A DNA stretch of 64,000 nucleotides from the human T2T-CHM13v2.0 reference genome, Homo sapiens, in assembly GCF_009914755.1 (NCBI RefSeq), contig NC_060939.1, one strand, 5' to 3'. The notes beneath the pieces were generated by a model. That model was not told the DNA's origin and searched no databases. It saw nothing but the letters and a program-made list of their open reading frames with translations. The translations under genes and the position numbers were made by a program. Position 1 is the stretch's first letter; the number at the start of each line of letters is the position of its first letter. This document shows, in pieces, positions 14,256-27,000 of this stretch.

Positions 14256-14524
14256 TTTATATACTGCGGTTATGCCCACGGAGGTTCCTGGACTGCATGT
14301 TTTGATTGGATGAGAAAAAACCTCCAGGCTTACTCTGATTGGACTTTATTATCATGTTCTGATTGGTTGAGAGTAAGTCTTAACACAACCAATCACAGCA
14401 TGAAAACAAAGTCCAATCAGAGTAGGCCTAGAGGTTTTTTCTCTCATCCAATCAGAACATGTAGTCCAGGAAACGCATTTGCATAACCTCGGTATATAAA
14501 GCATGCTGAGGTCGTATCAGGTCA
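14256..14524. promoter_or_regulatory. Palindromic bidirectional core promoter
   Basis: TATATAAA on - (14,263-14,256) and on + (14,493-14,500); ATTGG at 14,305, 14,338, 14,362; CCAAT at 14,389, 14,413, 14,448; ATTTGCAT at 14,477-14,484; Inr-like TCATTT with A at 14,524, 31 nt after the first T of the TATA. Confidence 0.75.
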
Positions 14525-14883
14525 TTTCAAGCTCTTCTGTGTCTAGAGGAAGAGCTACCCCGTGACCGGCTTAGAGAACTGGAAGAGGCCGCAACCTTTC
14601 TCCTGCTTGAAGCTGGAGGATGGATGGAGTCTGGAGCCCTGGAGCGTGGGACACTGTTTCGCTGTGGTTGGTGGTGGCGACAGAGCAGTAGGAGAGCGCC
14701 CGGCAGCGGGAGCTTCTCCTGCTGGGCTGGAGGACTAGGAGAAGGAAGAGGCACTGCCACATGCTGGAGGCTGGAGCCTGTGCCACCGTGGCTGGCCTGG
14801 CTCTGGTTGGTTCGCCTCGCTGTGGTTGGTGGTGACGTCGGAGACTGCAGCTCGGCCACAGTGGTAGAAATGTGATGGGGTAG
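14524..14883 (+). ncRNA. Putative first exon of a REP522-driven chimeric transcript
   Basis: Predicted TSS after TATA/Inr; ends in consensus donor TAG|GTGAGT (GT at 14,884). Alternative donor CAG|GTAAGG at 15,612. Confidence 0.5.
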
Positions 14884-17300
14884 GTGAGTTTCCCGGGGCT
14901 GCCCTGCACGCCTCTGGGGGCAAGGGTTGGGTGTCCTACTGGGGCTCACTGCTAGAGGCTACCCTGCCTGTGGCAGTGGCCTGGTTGGGGGCACTCTCCG
15001 GGGTGGCATTGCTGGTGGTGGGGCAGGTTGGCTGGCTATCTGGGGCTATACTGCCTGCGGTGGCAGGGGTGGTCGGGGAAAGCAGATTGTGTACACTAGC
15101 GTATACTGCCGGTGGCTGGGGAAGGATTAGGGGCGCTATCTTCTGCTGCACTGCCAGCGGCAGGGGGTGGGTTGGGTGGAGTTATCCAGGGCTACAATGC
15201 TGGCAGTCGGGGGTGGTTTAGGGACGTTGTTGGATGCTGCACTGCCTGGGGCGTTGTTGGGTGCTGACTCGGGGTGGTGCGCCATCAAGAGCTGAACTGT
15301 CCGTGGCGGGGTGGGAGGAGGTGGGTTTGGGATGGTATCTAGTGCAGCAACTCCCGTGGCTGGGTCAGATTTGGGGCACTGTTGGGTGGTACACTCCCTG
15401 CAGTGTGGGGGGAGTGCTTTGGGGGAGGTATTGGGGTTACATTGCCTGAAACTAGGGTGTGTTGGGTGTGCTATCCGGGGGCTACACTGCTAGTGGCAGG
15501 GGTCAGATTAGGGGTGCTGTGGGGGCTACACTGCCAGCGGTGTTGGCGAGCTGAGGTGGCGGCAGCGGCAGCGACAGTAGTGGCCGCCTCTTTCCTTCTG
15601 GTGGTCTCCAGGTAAGGGATCGTTCTTCTATTCCCGGACTCCAGACTCTAGAAGGCGATCTTCTCCTGCTCGTGCTAGATTGCACGGCAGGGCTCCCACA
15701 CCCACTGTGGTTTCCCGGCACGCCCTCATGCTCTGTGTTGCGGAGACCACCTGGGACTACCGGGCAGGGAGTAATAGGCACCCACGGGGGAAGCAGGGAA
15801 CAGGGCACTGTGGGTGGAGGCGTCAGGAATGGGAACCAGCCCTTGGGTGGGGAGGGCTGGCTGGTTCTGAGTTTCTCCTACTCGGGCTCCCTGAGGAGGG
15901 CAGCCCTTGTGGGCCCAGCAATTCCTGGTCAGCTGGAGTTGGCCAGGGGCCGGTTTCAGTGAAGGCATTCACTCCCACCCCAGACCCCAGTTCCTGGCCA
16001 GCTTTTGCCAGAAGGAGAGGCTGGACTTTGGAAGGTGGATGTGAGTGCCTTCAATGAAACTGATGCCTGCCACCCAGTCACCAGCGTGACAAGGTGAGGC
16101 TCTAACGGTTCCACTGTCTGAATCCTGATTTGGGCTTTTCTGGCTTTGCCTGCCCAGCTACTCCAAGCCAGGCTGAAGGAGGAGAAGGCGAGGAGTCGCC
16201 TGTGGTAGGGTCGAGCCTGCAGATGACGTGGTTCTGCAGCTTGCCTCATGCGGTTGGTGGTGGCGATGGAGACCACAGATCGACCGGAGCGGGAGGAGGG
16301 CACCCACGGGGGCCAGGTGGTAGGAGCTGGTAGGGTGGGCTGGTACATTGAGGGCGACAGTGGTTGTATTGGCATTGGCGCTAGTGGTGGTAGCAGTAGG
16401 AAGTCTGGGGGCCGGGAAGGGGGAATAGGAGCACTGCAGGGCCCATCCCACTCTGGGGTGGGGAGGAACCTGTGGGTGCTGTAACACAGGCTTCGGTGGC
16501 AGTGGTGGTGATATACCTAGGGCAAAGAAGAGTTCTCCCCCTTCTCCTGCAATCTCTGGAGGGTGCCCTCCTGCTGGTGCCTGAGCTAGGCGTGAGTGGC
16601 AGCATTGTCTCATTCTTAACAAAATTTAGGGGATGACTATTTGTGTATCCTTTTGCTTGTTTTTTGTTGTGATAGTCTTTGAGTTACTCAAATTTTATGA
16701 ATCGAGAAGGGGATAAAAGGTATTATAGGCCTTCTAATTCCCATACCTGTTCTTTTTCCTTTCTTCCGCTGTGTGTTTTCTTCTCATTTTCTTGTTCCTC
16801 TTCATTTTCTTTTGCTACTGCTTCTATTTCATGTTTGTATTCTTGTTTCTTCTCCTGTTTTTGTTTTCTTTCTCCTCACTGTAATCACCATGATTTATAA
16901 TTCTACACTTGTTTAATTGTGTCATATGTATTTCTTTTATAGCTCATAATTTCTAGGAGAACTAGTCAGCCTTGGGTATCTGCAGTGCCTGGCACAATGT
17001 AAATTTTAAATGAATGAACATAAATAAATTGTATTTCCACAATTTTGAATCTTGGTATAGTGGAAAGAATATCACTCTGGAGGTCAAGGGGCTGTAGTTC
17101 TTGTCTTCTCCATGAATATTCTTTATGTGCCGCTTCTACCATCTGTGAAATGAGGGATGGGAGGGGGAGCTTGAGGAAGTGGTATTAGATGATCATTAAT
17201 AGTTCTGTCAGCATATTCTTCTAGGGTTTTATGAATGTTATAATTGCATTTTAGACCGTAATAACCAAACATTACATATTGATATAATTTTTTATGTAAG

Positions 17301-17420
17301 TGGTACATGATCAGCATTGTCCACATTTACAATCGATGGAGGAACAATGAAATTCAGTGTTACGTTAATGGACAACTGGTATCTTATGGTGATATGGCTT
17401 GGCATGTTAACACAAATGAT
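17301..17420 (+). pseudogene. NBEA: NBEA-derived exon (~exon 7): [40 protein letters not shown]
   Basis: AG at 17,299-17,300, GTAAGT at 17,421; 120 nt, open. Confidence 0.95.
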
Positions 17421-17664
17421 GTAAGTCTATTTTTCTGTCTGTGGTTTAATTTGAGAGTATGAGCTATCATTACAATATGAATTGAATAATAAAATAGTTT
17501 GGTAGAAACTTAAAACTTTGAAAGTTTTTTTTTATTAAACGAATCTTTCATTGTTAAATTTAGTATAAGAAAATTGTTAAAAGACATGATTAGTGATACA
17601 AAAACAGGAACATTTGGCCAAAGTTTTAAGTTTTTTAGATTAAAAAAACCGTGAATCCTGTATT

Positions 17665-18300
17665 CTATTTATTCCAGCATCAAGCACTAAAAAATGTGGT
17701 TTACCCCTTATTTAGATACAGAAAGAAGACCCTAAACAGAAGGATAACATATAGTCACTATTATTAATTACATCGTGATAAATGCTATGGAGAAAATAAA
17801 TTGGGGATACAGAAAGTGTAGTTGTAGGGAAGGGAGGAGCCGGATGGTCCAGAGATGATTTTAGTAGGAAGAGTTGAGCAAGCGAGGTATGTGGGGAACT
17901 TCTTCTATTCAGTGGGAACAGTGAGTGCAAAGGCTTTGAGGCGGAATAGGAAAGTTCAAGGAAAAGGCAGTTTGTCTGGAGCAGAGGGAGGTAGAGGCAG
18001 AATAATAAGAGATGAGGTTAGGCAGAAATCATTTTGGCCTTCATAAGCAAACGTAAGGCCTGGGCTTTCGCATCTTACTCAGCTTAAAAATCCTTGGAAG
18101 GTTTTCAGCAGACAAGTGATGTGTGCTTATATTTTAAAAACATCAGTCTGCCTGCAGTATTGAGAATATTTTGAAGGGAAATTACAGAAGCAGGAAGATC
18201 ACTTAAATGGCTTATTGCAATAAAATAAAGAGATTATATGAGTTTCTACCAGTATGTTAGCAGTGGAAGAAGTGACACAGTTGGATTCTAGGTAGAGAAC
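17665..18300 (-). mobile_element. L2 fragment
   Basis: gggaacagtgagtgcaaagg, agatgaggttagg, ttggaaggttttcagcag, tgttagcagtggaag motifs. Confidence 0.65.
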
Positions 18301-18610
18301 AACTTGAATTAAAACCTCAAGGGTCCTTACGGTTTCTCTACTTGGGGCTTTCCATTGTCTACATTCTGGCCTGTCAGAGTCAAAGTAAAAGGTTTGTTTT
18401 AATGCTGAAAGTACTTCCAAGCTCAATAATATACAACCCTTCAAGCATACCTGGTTTTATAAGAACTTACCTCTTAAACACAATTCATTTCTCAGTTTTG
18501 TTTGCATCTCTCTCTAGGCTTTAATTTCCCAAAGGGCAGGGATTTGCTTATCGTGTCTTGTATTCGTTTAACTAGCACTGTGTGTATGGTCCACAGTTTG
18601 TCCCCTAGAT

Positions 18611-18842
18611 CGGGGCTTGGCAGACTACACCCTATGAGCCAAATCTGACCCTCCCCCTGTTTCTGGTTTTGTGTAAGCTGGGGCCTAAGAATCTTGGCTT
18701 TTAATTTTTAAAGGTTTTTTGTTTGTTTGTTTCTTGAGACACAAACAGAATCAAAGAAGAATGGGACAGAAACCAGGTGTGGCAAGCAAAGTTTAAAATA
18801 TTTTCTGTCTGTCCCTTTATAGAAAAAGTTGCTTTTCCCTGC
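18611..18842. mobile_element. MER58A-like hAT DNA transposon
   Basis: ggcagactac...gagccaaatctg...ccctttatagaaaaagttgc...ccctg. Confidence 0.7.
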
Positions 18843-19990
18843 CGTAGAAACTCATGGTTGTGCCACAACCAATTAATATTTAATAGAATGTTGTTTTCAG
18901 AATTAGAATAGACAGATGAAATTCTGCTTTTTATCTTCTCTCCAGAGGAGATCTCTGCAGAGTCTTTTTATTATAGAGTGGAAGAAATCCCAGTGGTCGT
19001 CTTGACTCATTCAATGAGAAGACAGTATCTTGGAAAGAAAAGACTTCGTTTTTTGGTTATTTGTAATAGTGCCCTAAGAAGTGGAGAATTCTAGATAATG
19101 ACACATACTTTATGCAGTTAAAGTTTAAGTTCCTATACTTCTAATTAAAGATTGGGTATTTAATGACGACAGTTCTTTTTGCCTTTGTATGCATTCACAA
19201 TTCTTTTTGTTACTTTATTGAAGGACCAAAAGTACTTCTTACATATATGATTCTTGCTTATTCATTCTAAGGTGTGAAATAGCCTTTGAGGATAGGGGAA
19301 GGGAACTGAGCCATGACTGCTTTCCCTGGTTTGGGTGGGTGGGGTGTAAGATGTAGAGGCTGGAAAGATCTTAAGCTTTTGGCTTCTTCAGTGCTGAATT
19401 CCTCAATGTGGAGAGCACTGTACCATCTGCTTTAAGCAGCAGATTATAGTCTTATTGTGTGTTTCGTTCTGTGTAGTTCCTACTCACACACGAGCGGGGA
19501 TTTATTTTCTTTGTGTGTTTTACTAAATATGGAGGAATAGAGGAATAGATTCATAATTTCAAAAATAAAGTTGAATTTAAAAAATTAGACCCTATGTTTT
19601 CATGATTACATTTTGGAATAGTCATTCCCTTGATTCAGATCAATCTCTCTATATATGGATCATTATACATCATGACAGTTTTAAATTATTTTAACGTTTG
19701 TAAATAAATAAATATAAGCTCTTTTGCCTTTAACTATAATATTTGAAAAGTAAGTCGGAAGACTGAGTAGGTGGCTATTGTTTTGTTTGCTTAAATGTAA
19801 GTGTAAAACATGTAATTGGTCATTTTTCCCAAAAAACTTGACTGGCATTTATTATTTAAATAATAAAGTCTTAATTGATGCTTTCTTCTATTATTATTGT
19901 TATATTTTAAAATATTCCTAAAGGCCGATTTAAGGATTTAAACCTTTTCATAATTAAAAATAATGCATTTTTAATGACTTTTAAAAATAG

Positions 19991-20129
19991 AGCTATGACA
20001 AGTGCTTTCGTGGTTCATCAGAAACTGCCGATGCAAATAGCGTATTCTGTGCTAAACCTGTTGCCATTCAGTGAAGCACTCAACCCAGCACAGATATTTG
20101 CAATTCATCAGTTAGGACCTAGATATAAG
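19991..20129 (+). pseudogene. NBEA: NBEA-derived exon (~exon 8) with 8-nt deletion: SYDKCFRGSSETADANSVFC...FSEALNPAQIFAIHQLGPRYK
   Basis: AG/GT intact; 139 nt vs 147 nt expected from the peptide; the frameshift gives TGA at 20,072-20,074. Confidence 0.93.
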
Positions 20130-20998
20130 GTAGTAATAACTGTAATTTTATAAATTCTAGAGAGCGTTTTAGATGTAAAATGTGATGTAATATAACTTTT
20201 AGTGAAAATCTTTCTTTAATACAGTTTAAGAGTCATTTCTATTTTTTGGAATGTAGTCAGTTTTTATTATATGTTTCTTTTCGGTTCAAAGGTGCTTTTT
20301 TCTCAACTTTTTTTATAAACTTTTTTATTCTTCAGAATATTTTCTAATATTGATAGCATGCCTTTTAACAATTCTGAAATAATCTTATAAAACTGTTTTG
20401 CTTAATGTAGTATTTAAAATACAAAAATTTGAAATATATATTACATAATGAACATAATAAAGAACTTGTTAATATTACTGGTAACTTGGAAAGAAGAGTT
20501 AAAGATTTAGAAGGAATCTAAGATAATATATTTCATGGGCCTGAAATTATTTAATTTTAGTTTATATTTTTGCTTTAATTGCAGTGAGGAAGTAGGTACA
20601 GTAGTGAGTAAACTAATTTAGCAAAACTAATTAATGTAATTTATCATTCTTTCTGTTTTTTAAACTTTAAGAACAAAGACTAGGTAAGATATAGCATGCA
20701 CATATATGAGTTAGTTTTAAATGTGCGGTACACCTGGCTAGGGGAACATATTAGGGTTCTGTTTAAATCACACTGGGAATTGTGAAGTCTCAAACTACTT
20801 AGAGCTGAAAGAGAATTACACATTATAGTCAAAGTGTTTATAATTCTGAAGGAGTACTTGTCTTGTACGGAAGTGTGGTTTTTTTATTGAACTCAATTTA
20901 ATTAATGTGAAGATTGTGTAATGGAAAGGAAAAACATAAAAAAATTCCCTCTTTGGCCTCTGTATTTTTGCATTGGTATTTCTGTTTTTATTTTTGTC

Positions 20999-20999
<1 letters not shown>

Positions 21000-21038
<39 letters not shown>

Positions 21039-21066
21039 GGATATATATATAGAGAGAGCGAGAGAG
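21000..21066. repeat. Compound (TA)n(CA)n(TA)n(GA)n microsatellite
   Basis: Direct reading. Confidence 0.9.
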
Positions 21067-24000
21067 GAAAGTTTGAATTTACCCATATTAAAAGATCTTT
21101 TTTTCTCAGTGACTTTAATAACCATGATAATATTGAAGGATAATAATGCTATTATTTTTATGTCAAGGTAACAATACTTGCTATCATATATTTTCCATAT
21201 CATTTTTGTTTTTGTCCTACTAGCTCTAGAAATGAATTTGTGCTTGTCCAGCTACTTTTTCTTTCATGGGTCTTTTTGTCGAGTTTGCATCCTGGTTCTG
21301 CCATTGCTGATCTTGCATAGGAATATTTTTGTAATTCACATTTTTTATTAATATGCTGCCTGCTTTTCTTTTCTACTTCTTTGAGTTGTTTCATAAAATG
21401 CTTGCAGTATCTTTTTAAGCTCTAATAGAATGATATTAAATAGAGTGACAAGCAAACAAATGAAATATAAAAAGGTAGAGTATCAAGAAGATACAAATCC
21501 AATATGATTGCTAATGTGAAATCTCAGAATTGATGGGAGCTTCCTGGCAACATCAAGGAAAAGGGCTGAATATAAGCAATTTTGTAATTCTTCTATTCAC
21601 AGAGAAGCAAACTTTGTCCTGAACAGCTTTGCAATCTCTGTAGTTTGTAGTATTCTTTTCACACGTCTTTCTCGTCATTCTTTTTAACAACAGTGATAAT
21701 GAGCAGTAACCCCGGTCATCATACGTGCACAGCTCATGTGACGTAGTGTATCCTTAATATCCTAACACACAGTGTAGAGTACCTAAAGTCAGAACTTTTA
21801 AGAGAGATACCTGTAAATTTGGGCATTACATCAGAGAGTATTTTTTTAAGTTTTGAAAGTTCTCAGCTCACTGCACCCCTTGTTGTTAGTGGGGGTTGAT
21901 AAAGCCAAAGGTACATGCATTTCCTCAATTTGTAAATAGTATAAGTACAATTGCACCATGACAGGCATCAGCAAAAATTTTTTATATTAAAAACCTTTTT
22001 TTTTTTTTTAGAAATTCAGAGAACATAGAGAAGGAGGAATGCAAATGATCAGATTGTGTTTTGACAGAAGAAAAGCTGAGTAGTTCACACATAGTCAAAA
22101 TTATCTTGCTAAAGTCACTCTCTGTGAGTGAAGCGGGGTAGAGGGCTACAGCGGAACTTTTAAGGTGTAGAGAATATAATAACTAATGGACATTTGGATA
22201 AATCACAAAATGGAGTTTAAATTACTTAGTGTTGTATAATAACAGTATTTATATTTATTGCCTTCAGTTATATGGAACTTTCATTGTAATGGTCAGACAA
22301 TATTTATGATTCTGAGCTTAGTGTAGATAGCATGTCAACATATGGGCTTCAAAATTAATAAAATAAGTTAATTCTACCTTCAAATAATGCCATCAAACTA
22401 TATATTCAATGGAGCCTGTCACAAATGATTTTGACTTGTTGGTCACTGTAGTGCTAGGTAAATTTTTTTCTGTTGATATTTGGTTTTGAGCATTGCAGCT
22501 TATCAGTATATATTCTGTACTTGGTTATTTTCTGGAAACAGTAAATAAGTTAGGGTATCACTTATTAACTAAATAAACCGTTCATTTTGGAAAATACAGA
22601 AATACAGAAAATATTTAAAATAACAGAAAATCTCACTGTAGATTTGTCTAGTATAGTAAAATTTACTGCCAGATAAGTTTACAGTGGCTATTTGGGGTTA
22701 TTTAATGTCTTCAAGATTGTGTATGAGGTGGCCCTTTGACATAAGCTTGCAAATCAGATTTTAACAAAGTTTTTATATTTTATAATTATTACTAGACATT
22801 TTCTCATTGTTCTGTTAATCCCGTGTGGCAAGCAGTTAGTCTTCATGGCCAGATATTTGAAAATTTAGCTTTGAGTTCTCTCCTTCATTTATGAATATGA
22901 TAGTATAATAGTTTTTATAATTTGCTATATCATAAAGAAGTTCTAACTGATAAGAGAAAAAGTATAACACAACCTCAAATTAAAAATCACTTCAGAGGAT
23001 TTCTGATACTTGTATAGAGGGGTGAGCTCCTAACAAACTGATCTTCTCAAAAATAACCATTTGTAAACTCTGCACATAATATAGATAACATCTATCTGAG
23101 GATTGTGAAGATTGAATAAAAGCAGGCGAGGGTAGTCAAAATATGGAACAGTCTGCATGGACTGATATCCCCATTTTTTGCTTTTATAGGAAACTTTCTG
23201 GCCAGAAAGTTTCTCTACAGTATTGTACAGAGTAATAGTCACACTATTTAGCATATAATCCAAAAGTACTTATTCTAAAAATGGTCAGGAAAATGTGACT
23301 TATTCTCAAGGGAAGAGAAAATCATCATAGACCAACTCTAAGATAACCCACATGTTGGAAATATCCCATGAGGTCTATTGTAGCATATGGTTTAGCCCTT
23401 TCTAATGTTGAACTGTGAAGGAAATTAACTCTTAGAACTTACTGTGAGTTTTTTTGTGTCACTGAAAATTATCTTGGATGCAAAATTGTTTTGGGTGTGG
23501 AATTGAATTGATTAATGTACAGTGAAGTCAATTTCTGCTATGATCACTCTTATTTAGGAAGAGTTTTGTAGTGAGAGAAATACTATAGAAACTGTGATAT
23601 TAAATATTTTACGTAATTTTAATCATCTTTTAAAATATTTCACTGTAATTCAGTCCTAAATTAGGCTTAAGAGATGAAACCTTTTGAAAATGTCAAAAGA
23701 TTTTTCCCCCTTACTGATAACCGTAAATCCGATTTGAAACTTAATCTACTTGATTACTTTGCAACATTCTTTTAAAAGTGGAGGAGGTATTGGATTTTAG
23801 GGGGGGAATCTTTACTTTTTACGTAAGTTATTTCCAGTCTTCTTAATAAAAAGATCTTTATTTAAAAAGCCAATCTAGCTGTGGTACTTTGCTTTTTCAG
23901 TAAAAACCAAATTGAATAGCCAGTTTATGTCTTCAGAGAGCTACCTTTGAACAGAACTTAGGTTTATATATTCACTCTTAATCATTTTAGTTATGAATTA

Positions 24001-27000
24001 GGTGTATCTTTATGATATATTGAATTCTAAATAATAAAAGTACCTCAAAAATAATAAAACTTCATGGATCACATTACATGAGTTATATCTACATTAGTTA
24101 TTTTAAAAAATTAAATACAAATTGAAATGGATAAAGTTATAGTAAAATAAGTCAAAATCTATATTTAAATTTTAATGGCATATAAATATATATATATTAT
24201 AAACAGGTTAGTTATGTTTTTATACATAGTTAATAAATATTCTCAGGTATTTGTGGGCCAAGACTGTTGTGGCATTCTTTATCAATAAAGGCCAAAAAGC
24301 TCTGGAGAAATAATAAATATGCTAATTTATAAGAGGTATTATTATGCTATTTCTTTCATTTTTTTCCCATGGTCTAACCCTTTACGATCTGATACTTGAA
24401 ATAAACATTATTTTCTAACTTAAATTAAGCTTATTAAGAATTACAAGATGGTAATTATTTTTAAGAAAAAACACCCACTAGATTATTAGCATCATTTTCC
24501 TTAAAAAGATACAGGATTACAAACTCTCATCCATTCCTGAAGTAGAATTGCTACTTATAGAACATGTGTTATAGTACTGTCTGTTGAAAAGTTGAGCAAT
24601 TACATATCATGACATAATAATCAGCATACTTTTGGTCTATAAAATAAAATACTCCTCTGAAAATCTTTTCCTAGGTATTGATATAGTTTTCAAGAGAGTG
24701 TTCTATGTTGTATTAGTTTTGGCTGACACCGGTACTTGCTTTTTGGTTTATCCTAGAGTATATATTTAGATCCTCTGCAGATGAACTGATGCGTTCTAGA
24801 CAGGAAGTTGTATGTAGGAGATATAGGAATGGGCTGAAGTATCTTTTATATTTGCCTTTGTATCTAGGGAAGTTGGAAATAGGCAAGAATGGAGAGAAAT
24901 TTTGTATGGCAGTACACAGAATTTTGCAAGTTTATTGTGAGCCCTGCAACAATCCGATGCATTTTAGTTCCTGGTAAGTTTGTTGAATTATGTTTGAAAA
25001 TGTACCTCTTCGAAGATGGCCATCTATTTACTATTACGTCCACCATGTCAATTATACCTTATTGTAAAGATTTTTTTTTTTTTTGCAAAGATGTGGTATT
25101 GCTATTGCATTGGGTTTTAGGTATAAATTGAAACTACCTTTGTTAGTGAATGCATTTGACATTTCAATTGGTGTCCTAGTTAATGTTGAAGTGAAATTAA
25201 TACTTCATGGATAGCAGAGTCTTGTTAAGATTTTGGAATAATAATATTAATATTTCAGTTTTTATAATAGAGCTCCACTGTGTTTAGAGGTCTGAGTTAA
25301 CTCATTAGATATTTGAGAATGAGTAGTTATTCTGACATAAAAGAATGAGAAAATCTGTGTCATCCTTGCAATTGTATATGGTTCTATATAGTAGGGTGAT
25401 TTACTGTAAAATACTTTTTTGCCTTTTTTCATGGATCATAAGGACCACTGTGAGGCATTTCTAGTCTTTCTTTTTGGCAGTGCTCATGTTTAGGAATCCA
25501 TTTTCCCTCAATCACTAACTTTGGTGTATGTAAGAATTCTATGAACAGATTAGGAAATTGTGTAACCTCTATGCATGGTTTTCTTTATTCTTTTTACACA
25601 TCTAGGCAGATGTGTTATGTGTAATATAGTACTTAGCAATTATTTGTGAAGTGGCCTTGACTATTCAATTCATTTAAAATGGACTAGATTGCTTAATAGC
25701 TGTGCTTCTTTACAGAAACGTTTTTTAAAATCCCAAGAGACTCATTGGTAGTTGTAGTTTTCTTGTAAGTGTCTATCTTTGGCTTAAGGACAAAGTAAAA
25801 AAAAAATCATTGATATGTGATAGTTTACATTTTTTGTGGTTTAAGGATATAGGGTCAGTTAATATAATTGAATTTTAATTTCCTATAATGAAGTACTTTA
25901 TTTCTGGATACTATATTTTGTCTAGCTGATATGTAATTCATTAAACTATCAATTTTTATAATAATGACAATGATAATTTTGCTGTTGGTTCTTGTTATGA
26001 GAACATTTCTGATTTGAACAAAAGTAGCCACATTATGAGAAAAATACATTATCCCTATTGAAACTGGAAGAGCTAGAATAATTCAAAAATTAGAATAACT
26101 TCAGATTCCTTTCGGGCTTTAATAATTTTCAAGTTTTCCTTATTACCAAATTGTCTGAATTACTTGTAAGAATGAGTACTTCTGCATTTAAAATATGTTT
26201 AGAAATTTGTGGTTTTACCCTTTCTTATGAATATAAATAGGTAATTTAGGGTATATTATAAAACATTGTAAATTGATATTCTTTTAATTGTTGATAAAAT
26301 CTGGTATATAACAATTTATTATGAGCTACATTAAGCATATACAGTGAAGGAATATGTATTTCCATTATTCAGAACACTATATTCATATATCAGTGTTGCT
26401 GGTTAAAATCATTATATGTAACTATGAAGTAATATATTATCAAAGCTTAATTCAATGCAGTCTTTCTATTTTGTTTCTTCATTCATTCCAAAGACATACC
26501 AAGTGCTAAATCTTTGACGCCTCTTTGTCTGCCTTTATGTATTTGTTTATATACTGTGTAATTGTCACTTTTCATTTCAATATTACATAAATCATTTCTT
26601 TGCTCTCATGAGCTTTTCTTAGGGCATACCTGGACATAAGTGACATGTTACATATTCCTCTGGATTTTTTTTAACAAAGTGTTTTTGAAGAATAGTTCTA
26701 AATGAAAAGTTTATTTAAAAATAGGGCTTGTTCTTACAAAGCAATATTGCATCTATATTTAAAATTCTCTACAATAGCTTGTTATTCAAAAGAATAGTAT
26801 GATACAGTCTTTATTATGGAAAATGATATGTGTATGTTTCTTAGGTTTACTTGAAGCCAGACCTATAAATATATGTAGAGATAAACTTTGATGTTTTACT
26901 TTGGAATGTAAAAAAACTACACAGTTATGATTCAGTTTATTATATTTAATTTGTAAAGGACAACACTAGTTTTCTCATGCTTATCAGGAAATATATTCTT

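Larger units (their letters stand above)
14178..16620. repeat. REP522-like GC-rich, largely palindromic interspersed repeat
   Basis: Abrupt rise in GC; imperfect palindrome centred near 14,378 with CCAAT clusters; degenerate G-rich internal repeats; lies at a duplicon junction. The family name comes from recall of REP522 properties, not from an alignment. Confidence 0.65.

Noticed and set aside
14300-14510. LTR12/ERV9 or a true histone gene as the source of the CCAAT-TATA cluster
   Set aside because: No LTR12 tandem accaatcagc units and no histone ORF or stem-loop downstream; the palindromic layout fits REP522 better.
14527-16622. Dense cluster of 60-154-aa ORFs on both strands
   Set aside because: Expected in stop-poor GC-rich repeat DNA; low-complexity peptides with no recognisable family.
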